Source: Octopus sinensis
Lineage: Eukaryota
Direction: 5' to 3'
DNA length: 64,000 nt
Assembly: GCF_006345805.1 (NCBI RefSeq)
Contig: NC_043003.1
Coordinates: forward strand, 32,488,001-32,552,000
Position 1 is the first letter of the stretch. Every line of letters starts with the position of its first letter. Below, piece by piece: positions 1 to 13,008 of the stretch. The notes under the pieces were generated by a model. It made no database searches. It was not told the DNA's origin and saw only the letters and a program-made list of their open reading frames with translations. The position numbers were made by a program, and so were the translations under genes.

Positions 1-942
1 AGTAAACATATATATATATATAAAAGAAAAGACAAAACAAAAGTGTAATACGTACGCGTACCTTTCCTCGATTTGTCAAGTAGCTGAACGTAGGGATGCT
101 AATTGCAATTCGAACCTATACAGGTTTTATTGCCTCTATAATAGTTCTTACGTACACCCAACATATTTTCCAATACTTTTTATATATCAATTGCTTCTAT
201 GATATATATAAATGCTTGTCAGTGAATATGTCGTTGTTTCTATATCAACTTTGTCTATATCAACGGGTTATAGGGTTCATGGAAATCTTTAGGGAGACTG
301 ACCCAAGTGAAGTTTCAACTAATCAGATATTATGCTAAGACAACGATATGGAAATGCTACGCAGTTACCCGCAGATAAATGCATACGTAGACACGCTTTC
401 TCTCTCTCACACACACACACATGTGGATATATGCATAGATATATGCATATATGTTTATACACGCGTATCAATATGAACATTTACATATACATATATAAAC
501 AAAAAGAAATAGCATATACCATGTAGCAGACTGAGATGAAGCCGATGCTTAACAAATGTAATTATTGCAGAAAATGGAAAGCAGAAACATATATTATGAC
601 TAAACGTAGAAATCTCTGGATATGAGGGCAGTGAGTTCAGGGCATCGTTTTGTAATTATTGCATGTGATTATGTGTACATTGTATTAAACATTAGATAAC
701 CATTATATCGATTATTTATAAGCAGAACTGATAAACGAAAATTCGCAATTTCGTTCGTGTACATACTAATATGGCCTTTCATATTAGCAAACATAAGAAA
801 GGCAACGGCGTTATCTGATATGTATTTGAATGAATGTGCGTATTTACATATACAAGTATGCATACACGCACTCATATTCAGATGTAGAGATTAATTGATA
901 GAGAGGTGCATAGATATTGATAAAGATGCATATAATCGAATA

Positions 943-969
943 TACGTATATATATATCTACGAATATAC

Positions 970-1017
<48 letters not shown>

Positions 1018-1079
1018 ATCAAAATAAGCAAGAAGATTCATCTGAATCTAAATTTTTGATGAACTCATCCACCATCCCC

Positions 1080-1139
<60 letters not shown>

Positions 1140-1168
1140 TAGATAGATAGATAGATAGATAGACAGAC

Positions 1169-1238
<70 letters not shown>

Positions 1239-1275
1239 TCAGACAGATAGATAGATAGGTAGAAGGAGAGAGAGA
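943..1275. repeat. Compound microsatellites (TA)n, (GA)n, (GATA)n
   Basis: Read directly; they explain ORF 1048..1302. Confidence 0.95.
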
Positions 1276-1469
1276 GGGGGTATCCTCCTTCCTATTCGCC
1301 ATTTATCTAATTAACTATTTATTCCATTACCTTTGTATTGAAATGGGTTTAAGAATGGTGACATCAACAGGTGTGGTTTGTTCATCACTGAAAGTCATTT
1401 TGCTTTCATTCTCTCTTACCCTTTCCTTCTATCTTCCCTCATCCTTTCTCTCCTCTTTGAGTTATATTT

Positions 1470-1545
1470 AGAATACAAAATGTACCGTTTCCTTTTTCAA
1501 ACATTCAATTTTGGAGGGAATTTTTAGGTGAAATGTAGTCCTGCA
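1470..1545 (-). mobile_element. Short 3'-end fragment of the Penelope-like family seen at 4011-4922
   Basis: caaaatgtac...tttcaaacattcaa...gaaatgtagt aligns with 4011-4085. Confidence 0.45.
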
Positions 1546-1627
1546 TGAAAAAGCTTTCATATAATATCTGCAAATTAACAATTTAATAAATAAATAACTA
1601 AACTAAAATGAAAATATAAATACATAC

Positions 1628-1704
<77 letters not shown>

Positions 1705-1706
<2 letters not shown>

Positions 1707-2720
1707 TAAGTGTATTTTACCTTGTTAACAATTAACACGGATAAATAAATAAATAGTTACCAGGGCAGCAAAAATCTCACAAGTAAAGATGTCGTAACTC
1801 CTTGTTTATAAAGGTTGAAACTTCGTGTTTACGTTGAATATTTTGAATAATATGAATAAAAAATGGAGTTAACGCAGGTTTAAACAAGTATTTTTACTTT
1901 CTACATATGTTTCGAAAATTCCACTGATACTATTCAAAAGAATAAAAAGTATAAACAATGCAATCTTCTCTTCGGGAAAGTGAAAACACGAAACTCGTCA
2001 ATACGACGTTTTAGCAAAAAATGGCTATTAATATTGTTTAAAAAAAACGTTATATGATATAACGTCATAAGTAGCTAACAGAAAGAGTAGGGATATTAAT
2101 AGTGAATGTTAAATATAAAGGAAATTAAAGTTTAAACTATATATAATGATAGAGACTACTTATATGCACTAAAAGTATGTTTCTGCCAATGCTTACATCT
2201 GTATGCTCGTTCTATAACCGTGTTTACTAGAGTATTTTTAGAAAAAAATAATGAAAAATAGCTCAGAATTACAGAGAAGACAGAATTTCTTGCCTTTGTC
2301 ATATGGTATCGAAATTGAGAGGATCAACCATTCTAAATGAAATTGTTCATTGTGGTCTTTTAAATCCCAAATCAGTTTGCTGAGACCGGTACTATTCCGT
2401 TTATTTCTATCCCTAAATGTTGAGTAATGGATAGAAATTCTTTTAGATAACTCTAACGATGTGCTTCCAATGTAAAATCGTACTTTATTACGAGTACTGA
2501 TTATACACTGGTATATAGAATATTTAATCTTAGAGTTACTTGACATAAATTTAAGATTTCTAGTCGTAAACATAAACAACATAAACAAATATAAATTTAA
2601 AGAGAAGGAGAAAGATCTTAAGTAGGAGTTCGGGGTTATAACGGGAGATGGTGGTTACAATAACGAGAGTGGGAGATAATATTACATAAATGGTGTTGGT
2701 GAGATTGCATATTTTATGTA
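1705..2720 (-). mobile_element. Penelope-like element 3' fragment: GIY-YIG endonuclease remnant plus downstream pLTR-like region
   Basis: ORF 2238..2588 has SIYQC...FYIGST...RISIH...CLLCNSE. After a frameshift it continues as LVNTVIERAYRCKHW to about 2155. A hammerhead lies downstream on the same strand. Confidence 0.8.
1896..1981 (-). ncRNA. Type I hammerhead ribozyme motif (U4C core variant)
   Basis: Minus strand: ACTTTC-CCGAAGA-GAAGATT...AATTTTC-GAA-ACATATGT-A-GAAAGT. Stem I is 6 bp, stem II 7 bp, stem III palindromic, with a GUA cleavage triplet. Confidence 0.7.
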
Positions 2721-2759
2721 AATATGACCATTCCGAAATATAACAATATCTATATATAT

Positions 2760-2890
2760 ATGTTTTTGTTTTTATGTTTGCGTTTCTCATTGTGCTCAAC
2801 ATCCTTTGATGACCTGTACCCGTATATGCATGTATATATACATAGATATGTAGTTATGTACATATATGTATGTATATATGCATATATTTA
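2760..2890 (+). repeat. 3' fragment of dispersed repeat family X (also 3085-3610, 16170-16285, 63305-63800)
   Basis: Shared motif tttctcatt...gatg(t/a)cctgtaccc.tatatgcatg. Confidence 0.7.
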
Positions 2891-3084
2891 TATATCATTT
2901 ATATAATCATATGATCGAACGCCACGCATCCCTTTCCAAGTAAGTTTTATCTTAATAATTACGATGCGCCCTCTTCTATCTCTACTATCTCTCTCCTCTT
3001 GTTCTTCATCCTTTCTGGTTTTCTCTCCCACCCTTCCCTATTCTTCTCCTCTCCTCTTCGCCGTTCCCTCTCTCTCACTGCTCC

Positions 3085-3610
3085 TCCTCGACTCTCTCGT
3101 CTGTGACACGTGATAAGAGTGAATCTATCTTTCTGCCCATTACCTTCCTAAAGACAAAACGTGCTTATACTGTGTCCTCTCATAAGCTCGTCTTCCTGGC
3201 GTTCATAATAATTTTCCTATCGTCTTGGCTTAACAGACCTCACCGTTTGTTTTTGCTGTCTTGTTCTCACTGTCCTGTTTTTGTTACCACTTTCACCCTC
3301 CGCAAAAAATCCCAAATTTTATTTAATTTGCTTTCCGGGAAGGACTGTTTCAACGAAGTCACGTATCGTCCTTGCCTTCGACGACGGAGTAGATGAAACG
3401 GACAACTGAAGAAGGGGAATATTTATGTTGCATGTCTCGTTTCTCAGTTTGTTTGTTTTTTTTGTTCCCCAAAAAAGTTCATTTCTACGTTTTTGTTTTT
3501 ATGTTTTCATTTCTCATTGTGTTCAACGTTTTTTGATGTCCTGTACCCATATATGCATGTATATATACATATATATGTGTAGGTATGTACATATATGTAT
3601 GAATATATGA
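3085..3610. mobile_element. Dispersed repeat family X, probably Penelope-like pLTR plus decayed ORF piece
   Basis: Aligns over about 500 bp with 63305-63800. Both read on the minus strand as similar stop-interrupted peptides (FLRRVKVVTK...LLSQ.D). The PLE assignment is inference. Confidence 0.55.
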
Positions 3611-3849
3611 ATATATCTATATATTATATATATGTATATATATATATATATGTGTATGTATGTATGTGTATATATATATATATACATATATATATGTATG
3701 TATATATATATGTACATATATATATACGTAACATCTCAATGCTACACATATATCTGAACATTTGTAGAGATGAGCCACATTTGGAATTAAAAAATGCAAA
3801 TCCTCCACTTTACCTTCAATCATTCAATTTTGGAGAGAATACCTTGATG

Positions 3850-3907
<58 letters not shown>

Positions 3908-4010
3908 ATGTGCGTGTGCGTCTTAGGGAACATATCCATGTTTATACTGTGTAACTTCCATCATGCCTCTTTCCATTTCATGTTTTTGAACTTAAGAACA
4001 TTAGTATAAC

Positions 4011-4281
4011 ACAAAATGTACTGTGTCGACTTGTCTTTCAAACATTCAACATTAGAGAGAGCTTTTTGATGAAATGTAGTTCCATAGCTTTTCAGTATTG
4101 CGGATCGTCCCGTGCGCATTTGTAAAAGGATAAAAAAAATTAATTTGCCGTCGCTGCATATTTCCAGATGCTTACTTAATGGAATTTTATGTAATTCCGC
4201 TTGTCGGATATATTACCTGTGGATTCTTGCCCGTTGGCAGATGAAATTATTTGTTCGCCAATGTAATTTTCTTTGCAGGGA
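4011..4281 (-). mobile_element. Inverted copy of a Penelope-like GIY-YIG 3' end
   Basis: Reverse complement aligns with 4668-4922 and retains CKENYIGE. Confidence 0.8.
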
Positions 4282-4289
4282 AAAAGTTA

Positions 4290-4922
4290 ATGAAAACACG
4301 ATTCCGTTTGTTAACACACACAGTCCTGGAATAACCAACATCTTTCACGCCATAAAATTGAACTAACCTATACTCCTACAAAACCCCAAAATGAAAAATC
4401 TGACTAAAATAAAACACTTTAATGAATAGCAGACGCCAACCAAAAAATCTTTAAAACACCTCACAAGGGTAGAGTTCAAAACAGAGAATAAATCAGAATT
4501 CTTAGTAAAATAATGTGGAGATAGGAGATGTAGAACATGCAACATCAACAACTTCAGATACTTGGAAAGTGGTTACCACATAAAATTCAAGAGCGGATCC
4601 TTTTCATGATAAATGCAGATATGAACTTCAAAAGGTAAAACCTCATATACTGCATTACCTGCTCAAACTGCAACGAAAATTACAAATAATTCCCTCTGCC
4701 AGCGTGCAAGAATGCATAGGCAACATATCCGACAAGAGGAATTACGCAACATTCCATTAAGTAAGCATCTGGAAATATGCAGCGACGGAAAATTCAAAAA
4801 TTTCCCCTTTTACAACTGTGCACGGGACGATCCGCAATACCGAAAAGCAATGGGACTACATTTCATCAAAACTCCTCTTCAAAATTGAATGTTTGAAAGA
4901 ATAGCGGAACAATACATTTTGT
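4290..4922 (+). mobile_element. Penelope-like element relic (linker, zinc-finger region, GIY-YIG)
   Basis: Decayed peptide IPFVNTH...RRQPKNL...CGDRRCRTC...NLIYCITCSNC...QRARMHRQHIRQEELRNIPLSKHL, homologous to ORF 57997..58434. Confidence 0.8.
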
Positions 4923-5049
4923 AAGTCTTATACGAATGTTCTCTAATGCCAAAATATGAAATTAAAAGAGGCGTGATCGAAGTTACACAGTATAAATATG
5001 GACATGTTGCCAAGCACACGCACACAAACCGGTCCAAAATCGGCATTGA

Positions 5050-5450
5050 TGGTGTCACTCTGACACACTGCTAATCTGCGTCCAGGCATTTCGGTACCCA
5101 TTTTGCGCAAAGCTTTCTCACGTCCAGACTGTTGTAAATGATGTGGCCAACTCTTTCGTAGGAGCTCCCCAGAGTTTCAATTATGACTTTAGCTGAAATC
5201 TGATGCTCCTCGAAAATCATGACATGCAGAGCGTCGGCTTTGTCCTCTTTGGTCACGGAAGTTGGCCGTCCTCACCGGAGTTCATCTGTGACCTCCAAAT
5301 GACGAGTCTGAAATCTTGACACCCAATTTTTTACTGTGGAGTAAGATGGAAAGGCCTCCTTCAAAACTTCCGTCATTTCAAATGAATTTCCACCGCTCCT
5401 TTTCCTTGCAAAAAGAGGAACTTGATGACAGCCTGTGCTTCATTTTTACC
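5050..5450 (-). mobile_element. Mariner transposase N-terminal relic
   Basis: AVIKFLFLQGK...PSYSTVK...GRPTSV, plus RKLCAKWVPK (WVPHEL-type motif) in ORF 5071..5256. Confidence 0.8.
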
Positions 5451-5564
5451 AAACTCCACTATAGGAGCTGCCATCATGTGTTAAATCTGCAAAATAGAGA
5501 AAGCTATAATATATAACAGCATGATTCTTCTGCATATCTTCTCCTAAATTGTTGTCCTACCTCC

Positions 5565-5706
5565 CCTGTTCAAATCCCGCTGAGGTCGACTTTGCCTTTC
5601 ATCCTTTCGGGTTCGATAAATTAAGCACCTGTTACGTACTGGTGTCGATCTAATCGACTGGCTCCTTCCCCAAAATCTCGAGCCTTTTACCACAGTAGAA
5701 AAGAAT
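5565..5706 (+). mobile_element. tRNA-derived SINE, family A (5'-truncated)
   Basis: B-box gttcaaatccc, then gaggtcgactttgcctttcatcctttcggg, shared with 7591, 16524 and 31979. Confidence 0.85.
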
Positions 5707-7590
5707 AATATATAGTGCTAGCATTTCCACATTTAATGCTTGCTTAAATTATATATATATATTTATATATGTACACGTACATAAATAAATACATATATGT
5801 ACATTTATCTCCCTAAACAATTATTGCATTTAAGTACACCCAAATTACGGAGCTGCTTTTTTTTGTGCTCTTCTCTTCTTTTTCTGTGCATGAACATGAA
5901 AAAACAGACAAGTTATAAGAGCAGAAATGTTTATACACAAATACAATTGCAGAGAAACAGAACAGCAAAGAATGGGAAGTTAAGAGATGAATTGTCGCTA
6001 GGACAGTGATAGATGAAGCTAAAGATTTGAAACTAAAAGAAATACAATTCTTAGTAGTGAATGAGTCGATGTTTTTATTTCTAATATATGATGTGTATGA
6101 ATGATCAAGTTTCACTAACAATCAATTGACGTACAAGAAAATAGTAAATACGATTATAGGTGTGTATATTAATGAGTGTACTGAGTGTTACTGTATGGCA
6201 AACTGCTGTTTGGTTTTCCAAAGTCATTTTTACGATTAGGTGTCCCTCCTTTCTTCGTTGTAACATCATCATCGTATCTTTTTCATTTATAGCTCAATCC
6301 AAATGGAAAATTGAAACCGTGCTTCATTGAATTTGCACATACACCACAGGCATGAATTTATCTTTTCATCTATTCTTCTAAGTATGAATGTAGAAGAAGT
6401 GTACACTGAAATTGCCGTGAGGAGAAAAATATGTTTCATGTAATCCTTCTCTAGTACAATTATGACGGAAGGTGAAAACTAAAGAAAACAACAGTTTTAG
6501 ATGAAAAAATTCAAAACTTGGGCATGTTTTTATTAATTGACGTAAGTAAATCAACCTATACATATTGCTAGAGTTAGTTATATGTATATATATGTCAGAG
6601 AAGTAAAGGAAAGAGCTGGATGAATTGAATTAAAATGGAGTTGAACGACTGGAAGTAGCTTGAAGGTTGTGAAGAAACAATTATCAATAATGAAATGGGG
6701 TGAAATAACTAGAAAACTTTGGTCTCGTTGTACCGGCGCTTAAATTTCCTCGTCACTTTTTATATCTCATAACATTTTAACAATAATTACCATTAATCTA
6801 TTAAGGTCTTACCAATTGACAATAGCACTCATTCTTGCCTATTTTTGCAAGCATTTTTTATTTCAATAAATGATATAATCTTCATATATAATATATAAAA
6901 CATTCTTATTGCTAGTGTGAAAATGCTTTAATATATAAGGCTGTTTTATAGCACGAAATGTTACTAATTAACTGGTAAGGTTTCTATATAGATATATGAG
7001 AATCTCTTGCTCGTTAGGTTAAAGACTTCTAAAGTGAACAGTTGAAGTTGTGATGCCGCTTTAAATTATGATTAGAATAGCTCAAAGGTACACAGCAGAC
7101 ACGAAGCTCAATTCGGGTATACAATGCTACAGTTTCATCCTGATTATTTTTCATACATGGCATTATTTAGTTTTCGTCACAAACCATCGATCTTGAGTGT
7201 GACAGCTGGCTATGTCGAATATTAGAAGAAAACTATTCCGCTTCTGTCTTGCGTTTGAAAACCCTTGTAACAAGAAAATACAACAGTGAAAACAGCAGAA
7301 TCGAGTGAAAACGTTTAACTAAATTAGACTAAAAAGAAAAATAATACAGCCGCCAGGGGAAGAAATGCATTCTAGTTTCAACTCTCATTAGCAACAAGTT
7401 TCTCGAATGTCGTCGTGGATTTGTATCTTCTCGTAACTGATGGCTATCACTGTACTGGAACAGACTGGTTACAACTACAGGCATTGTGAGACTTTCAGAT
7501 ACTCCTTTGCAAATGAAGCAGTGGGAAAAGACGTTATCTACAGAGATATGCAAATACTAATCCATAACACACATAAGCAGCTTTTGTAAT

Positions 7591-7798
7591 GAGCTGGCAG
7601 AAACGTTAGCACGCCAGGCGAAATGCGTGGCCGTATTTCGTCTGCCGTTACGTTCTGAGTTCAAATTCCGCCGAGGTCGACTTTGTCTTTCATCCTTTCG
7701 GGGTCGATAAATTAAGTACCGGCTACGCACTGGGGTCGATGTAATCACCTTAATTCGTTTGTCTGTCCTTGTTTAGCCCCTTGTGGGTAATAAAGAAA
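7591..7798 (+). mobile_element. tRNA-derived SINE, family A
   Basis: gagctggcagaaacgttagcac...gagttcaaattccgccgaggtcgac...gccccttgtgggtaataaag. Confidence 0.9.
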
Positions 7799-7923
7799 CA
7801 TATTATTAATTCGTCAGATGGGAAGTATCATCAGGGGTTTTCATATATGGGAAATAAGCAGGCAAGCGAGTTTTGACGCCTAAGGTAGAATACACAGCAG
7901 AGATGTCCGCAGAGAGAGAGAGC

Positions 7924-7954
<31 letters not shown>

Positions 7955-9249
7955 TGTATGCAAGAAATAGTCCGGAGAAGATAGGACCTAAGTAGTGATG
8001 TTTGTGATAAAAGTCAACTTTGACCTTTATGTCATGTATATTATGTGTTCGATCCATTCACGTCTCCACTTTTTCTATAGAAATTTGAAGTTAATTGTTA
8101 ATCGAAATATTTCTTCAATATCATTGTGGTTTTAACTGGAAACAAGGGACATATTTAAACTAGAAAGTGATTGGTAACCTGTATTTTAGGTATTCCTTTC
8201 TTACGACTATTGTCATCGCAACAAAATTAAATTGATTTCAACAAAAATGGAACTGGCGTTTTGATGTTGTTTGCTGGAAGATCAACGTGTTTTCTTAGGT
8301 GCTTTAAGTACAATGGAAAATTCAAACAGTAAGGAATTATCTTCTTGCGCTCACCATAATGAATTAATAAAATGAATTAGAACTGAACAATGGGGAACTT
8401 TCTTCACTTAATTAATCATGGCACGGACTATCACTGGAAAATGCTGCTTTAATTAATCTTCAATCTCAGCTTTTAGTTGGAATCAAGTAATCAAGGTAGC
8501 AATTAATGCATTGAGAGATTTGGCGAAGATTAATTTGCAATCTAACAACTGTATTTAGGATTTTAGCAGGGCTTTCTTTGCATAAACATCATATATAAAT
8601 ACAATGAGTAACAATACAGAGTGAGCTAAAAATCACGAACACACACCCACAAACACACAAACACACACACACACAAACAAACAAACACACACACGCACAC
8701 ACACAAATGTTACAAAGATCCGTATCAATTGGTTTAGTTGCAATATGCAAAAAAGGTCATAGTGTTAGCATTAAGTTTCCCACAAGACAAGACTGTATTT
8801 CATATTCGGTTGTCGTTTGCGAAATCCTATTTCATTCGGTTACCTCTTTTAGGGAAGATTTCTGACTTCAAATGTATCCTGAGGAACAATATTTTACACA
8901 ATGCTTCCAGGCTCCAGACGCACTAAATCTAAACTAAGGAATCGGTGTTGATGCCGTAATTTATAAAAAAATGCCTTTTATTATATATTTAATTAATTTA
9001 CTTCATTTCATATTAGAAGTGGTGCCTAATCGATTTACCCACCCACCAAACAAATTGCTCGCCTTGCATCACAATTTGAAACCAGTATTAATAGAGTGAT
9101 TGATGGATGTTTAGAATCATTAGAGCCACGGATTCAATGTCTTGTATTTAGTTGCCCTAGTGTATTTTTTTAGTTCATATCCCTCTGAGGTAAAATTTCC
9201 TTTTCATTTCTTCGAGGTCTATCAAATTAAGTAGCAGTCAAGCATTACT

Positions 9250-9476
9250 CTCTCTTTACTCTTTTACTCTTTTACTTGTTTCAGTCATTTGACTGCGGCC
9301 ATGCTGGAGCACCGCCTTTAGCCGAGCAAATCGACCCCAGGACTTATTCTTTGTAAGCCCAGTACTTATTCTATCGGTCTCTTTTGCCGAACCGCTAAGT
9401 GACGGCGACGTAAACACACCAGCATCGGGTGTCAAGCAATGCTAGGGGGACAAACACAGACACACAAACATACACA

Positions 9477-9573
<97 letters not shown>

Positions 9574-9747
9574 TATATATATATACGACGGCTTCTTTCA
9601 TTTTCCGTCTACCAAATCCACTCACAAGGCTTTGGTCGGCCCGAGGCTATACTAGAAGACACATGCCCAACATTCCACGCAGTGGGACTCTGAACTCGGA
9701 ACCATGTGGTTGGTAAGCAAGCTACTTACCACACAGCCACTCCTGCG
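9250..9747 (-). mobile_element. tRNA-derived SINE, family B, full length with internal (TG)n/(TA)n
   Basis: Colinear with 18431-18875 and 38331-38763; ends in cagtcaaatgactgaaacaag(taaaagag)n. Confidence 0.9.
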
Positions 9748-11685
9748 ATTGGAGACGATTTCATTGACTAAACCTTCTACCATATTTTTGGTCCTGTGAT
9801 TTTGTTAAAAACGACTACTATCAATACTAATGAAATTGTGGAGGATTGTTAGAATCGTTTCAGACTTGCAATATTTAGATCAAAATCCCATTAAGCTCAG
9901 TTTTATTTTAAAAAATTTTGTCAATAAAATAGTGTACTAGTCAAGTACTGGAGTCGATATAGTTAACTATATTCATTTCCTCAAGCTGAGACTTCAAACA
10001 AAATTCAATATTAATAAAACGTTGAAGAATAAAGAACTCAACACAGCATTTGTTATTTGTTTAAAGAACATTATTTTTTTAAAAAAAACAGCGTATTTAA
10101 GAACACATCAGTTACTAGAATGTAAAAGTATCGTGTTAAACATTGTTATGGCTTGACATCGAATCGATATTATAGCACTGAATAACTATTAATGCTTTGA
10201 TCTCAATCTCTTCGAGTGAAAAGTAAGCTTTGCGTACTTTTTGCTTTGTTAAATCAATATGGTTCAGTGATATGAAAATACGATGATAAAATTGCAAAGC
10301 AGAAGAACTGATAATCAAAGTAGAGATGAAAAGAAATAGAGATAAAACGCTGAAGAATTGAAAAAAGAATCAACTGAAGAATCAAAGTCATGCTCATTAA
10401 CTTGAAGATTACTTCATATCTCTTAAGTAGGAGATGAAGAAAAACAATGAAACCTTCAGCCGAACTTAAGAGGATAAACCATGCTTTCATAAGGAAACTT
10501 ACACTGCTTTATTAAAATTTTTAGTCTACGTCTGTTTTCTTTAGGTTTCCTTTTTACGTTTTTTTTTTTTTTTTTTTGCTTTTGGTAATTTTATCTCAGA
10601 TAATCTCTTTTATTTTTAATATGATACTTCAGACTCCAGGTGATGAACTGATACCAATTATGCTCTCCAGTATTAAAATACTTTGAAGTATGAAGTATGT
10701 TCTTTGTTTAAGCCTTGCATGATGAATATATTGCAAATTCTTTTAAGAAAGACTTAATGCGGGGAAGTTAGAAAAGAAAGTTTCAATACAACTTTTGTTT
10801 TAATAATACATGCACATATTTCTACGCTAATGTGTAAATATAACTATGTATACGTATGTGTGCGTGAAAGTGTATATATATATATATACATACATACATG
10901 CATATATAGATAGGCGTGTGTGCGTGTGTTTTGTAGGTGTGTGTAAATTGATGTACGGAGACAGAAAGGGAGAGATAGATAGGAGTGAGAGTACGCTATG
11001 AAACTCCAGATTAACGGTTTAGCTAAAACATTAATCTCTGCTTTTGTATTGAGTACTCCTTCTAATCGTTACGGATATATGTGTGTGTGTGCGTGTATGT
11101 GTGTATGTATATATGTACGTAAATATATATCTGTCGAGGTGTATGTGTGTGTATATACATATATGTGTGTGTGTGTATGTATACAGAGACAGACAACGAA
11201 AAAAAGAAGAACGAAAGAAAGAAAGAAAAAGCGAGAAGAGGAAAAGAGAGAGAAGAGAGAGACAGTGACAGATAGATATGTACTTACAGCAGATGTAGAC
11301 TTCCTGAATAGGCATTTGCTATTTGGGGAAAATACGAAAGTCACATAAAATTCGGAATTCAGGACTGAATTTGCATATGCTAGTTAGTTAGTTAGTTAGT
11401 TAGTCTTTATGTAATTAGGATAGTTAAGGTAATATAGTTTTGTTATAGTATACATTTACTCAATGCATTCATTTATTCTTACATTAGGATATGCGGCGAA
11501 GAAAATGCTTCATTGAAAAGGTCAGAATAAAAGCGAAACTGCTGCACATGCTCGTGCTTGCTGAATATATTCTTAAAACTCAGTCACTGACTAATCTCGA
11601 ATCGTTTTTCTCAGAATGTATTTATTTTCATGTGATGTGGCAACTTTTAAAAGAGTTAACTCTTACCTTATTTAATTAACTTACT

Positions 11686-11721
<36 letters not shown>

Positions 11722-12455
11722 GTACATATATATATTGAAGGAAGGAAAACCTACTGAAAACTATTTTGAAAAACGAATAATTTCATTTCAATAGACACAT
11801 GTAATTACCATTTTTATTATTAAATTATATTTTCGGGAACGAAAATATCTGAAAACTCAAATATAAGCTGTCTTTTTTAAAATCTACTTAAAGAATATAG
11901 ACTTCAAACACAAAGAAATGAGTGAGAGTTACTAATCGAATATAAATTAGCGTTAACTTGTTTAGATGAATTTTCAATGGTTAATTACGATTATAAATCA
12001 TCATTCAAATTCATTTTCTCCTCAGTATTTTTCAAACTTTATACCACCAATTATTTCATTTAGAGTTTAATTAAAATCAGGGGAGAAAACGGAAATGAAA
12101 CAGTTACAAATGTAAGAACAACACTAAATGTGTAACGCCAAATTTATTGATTTCAGTGAAAATGTTTGTTAAACTTGACAGCCATAAGTGTGAAGCGACT
12201 GCGAAAGCTATTCCGTTCAACTTGCATTCATGTTCGTAATAGACATGTTGTTATAATAAATGGTCAGCGTGGCAAAGAAGAAGAAAGCAAAGTATTATAA
12301 TGTTAAGCGAAGGAGAGAGCATCTTTTTTTGTTGCGTTAAACATATCCATGTATGTATACAAGTGTGTGTATGTGTGTGTGTGAGTGTGTGTCTGTGTGT
12401 GTGTTACAATACCAGCTAAAAGGCACGGACTATAAGTCTGACAAGGTTCGTTCCT

Positions 12456-12496
<41 letters not shown>

Positions 12497-12502
12497 ATAT
12501 AT

Positions 12503-12552
<50 letters not shown>

Positions 12553-12664
12553 ATCATGTCAAAGCGAATTGGAATTTAATTAAAATTAAAACATTCAATC
12601 AAAATTTACATTTCCAGTGGTCTAACGTGCAAAAAAGATTAGTCAAGAAGACTGTATTAGTCAT

Positions 12665-12815
12665 ACGATATAGTGTATATTTAAACACATAAGGAATTCA
12701 ACACGCTAGAGAGAACAGCGTTATTTTCGTGGTTTACAGAACCTAGCTGTTCTCTCTAGCGTGTTGGATTCCCTATAAGTGGATTCCTTATGTGTTCAAA
12801 TATACACTATATCGT
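12665..12815. mobile_element. MITE-like long inverted repeat
   Basis: 12665-12719 pairs with 12746-12815. The inner 26 bp match at 25/26, and the right arm carries an extra ggattcc-containing insertion. Confidence 0.55.
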
Positions 12816-12840
12816 GTATATATATATATATATATTATAT

Positions 12841-12916
<76 letters not shown>

Positions 12917-12925
12917 TATATATAT

Positions 12926-12993
<68 letters not shown>

Positions 12994-13008
12994 ATATATA
13001 TATATATA
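12816..13008. repeat. (TA)n-rich tract at the 5' junction of the CR1 LINE
   Basis: Read directly. Confidence 0.95.
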
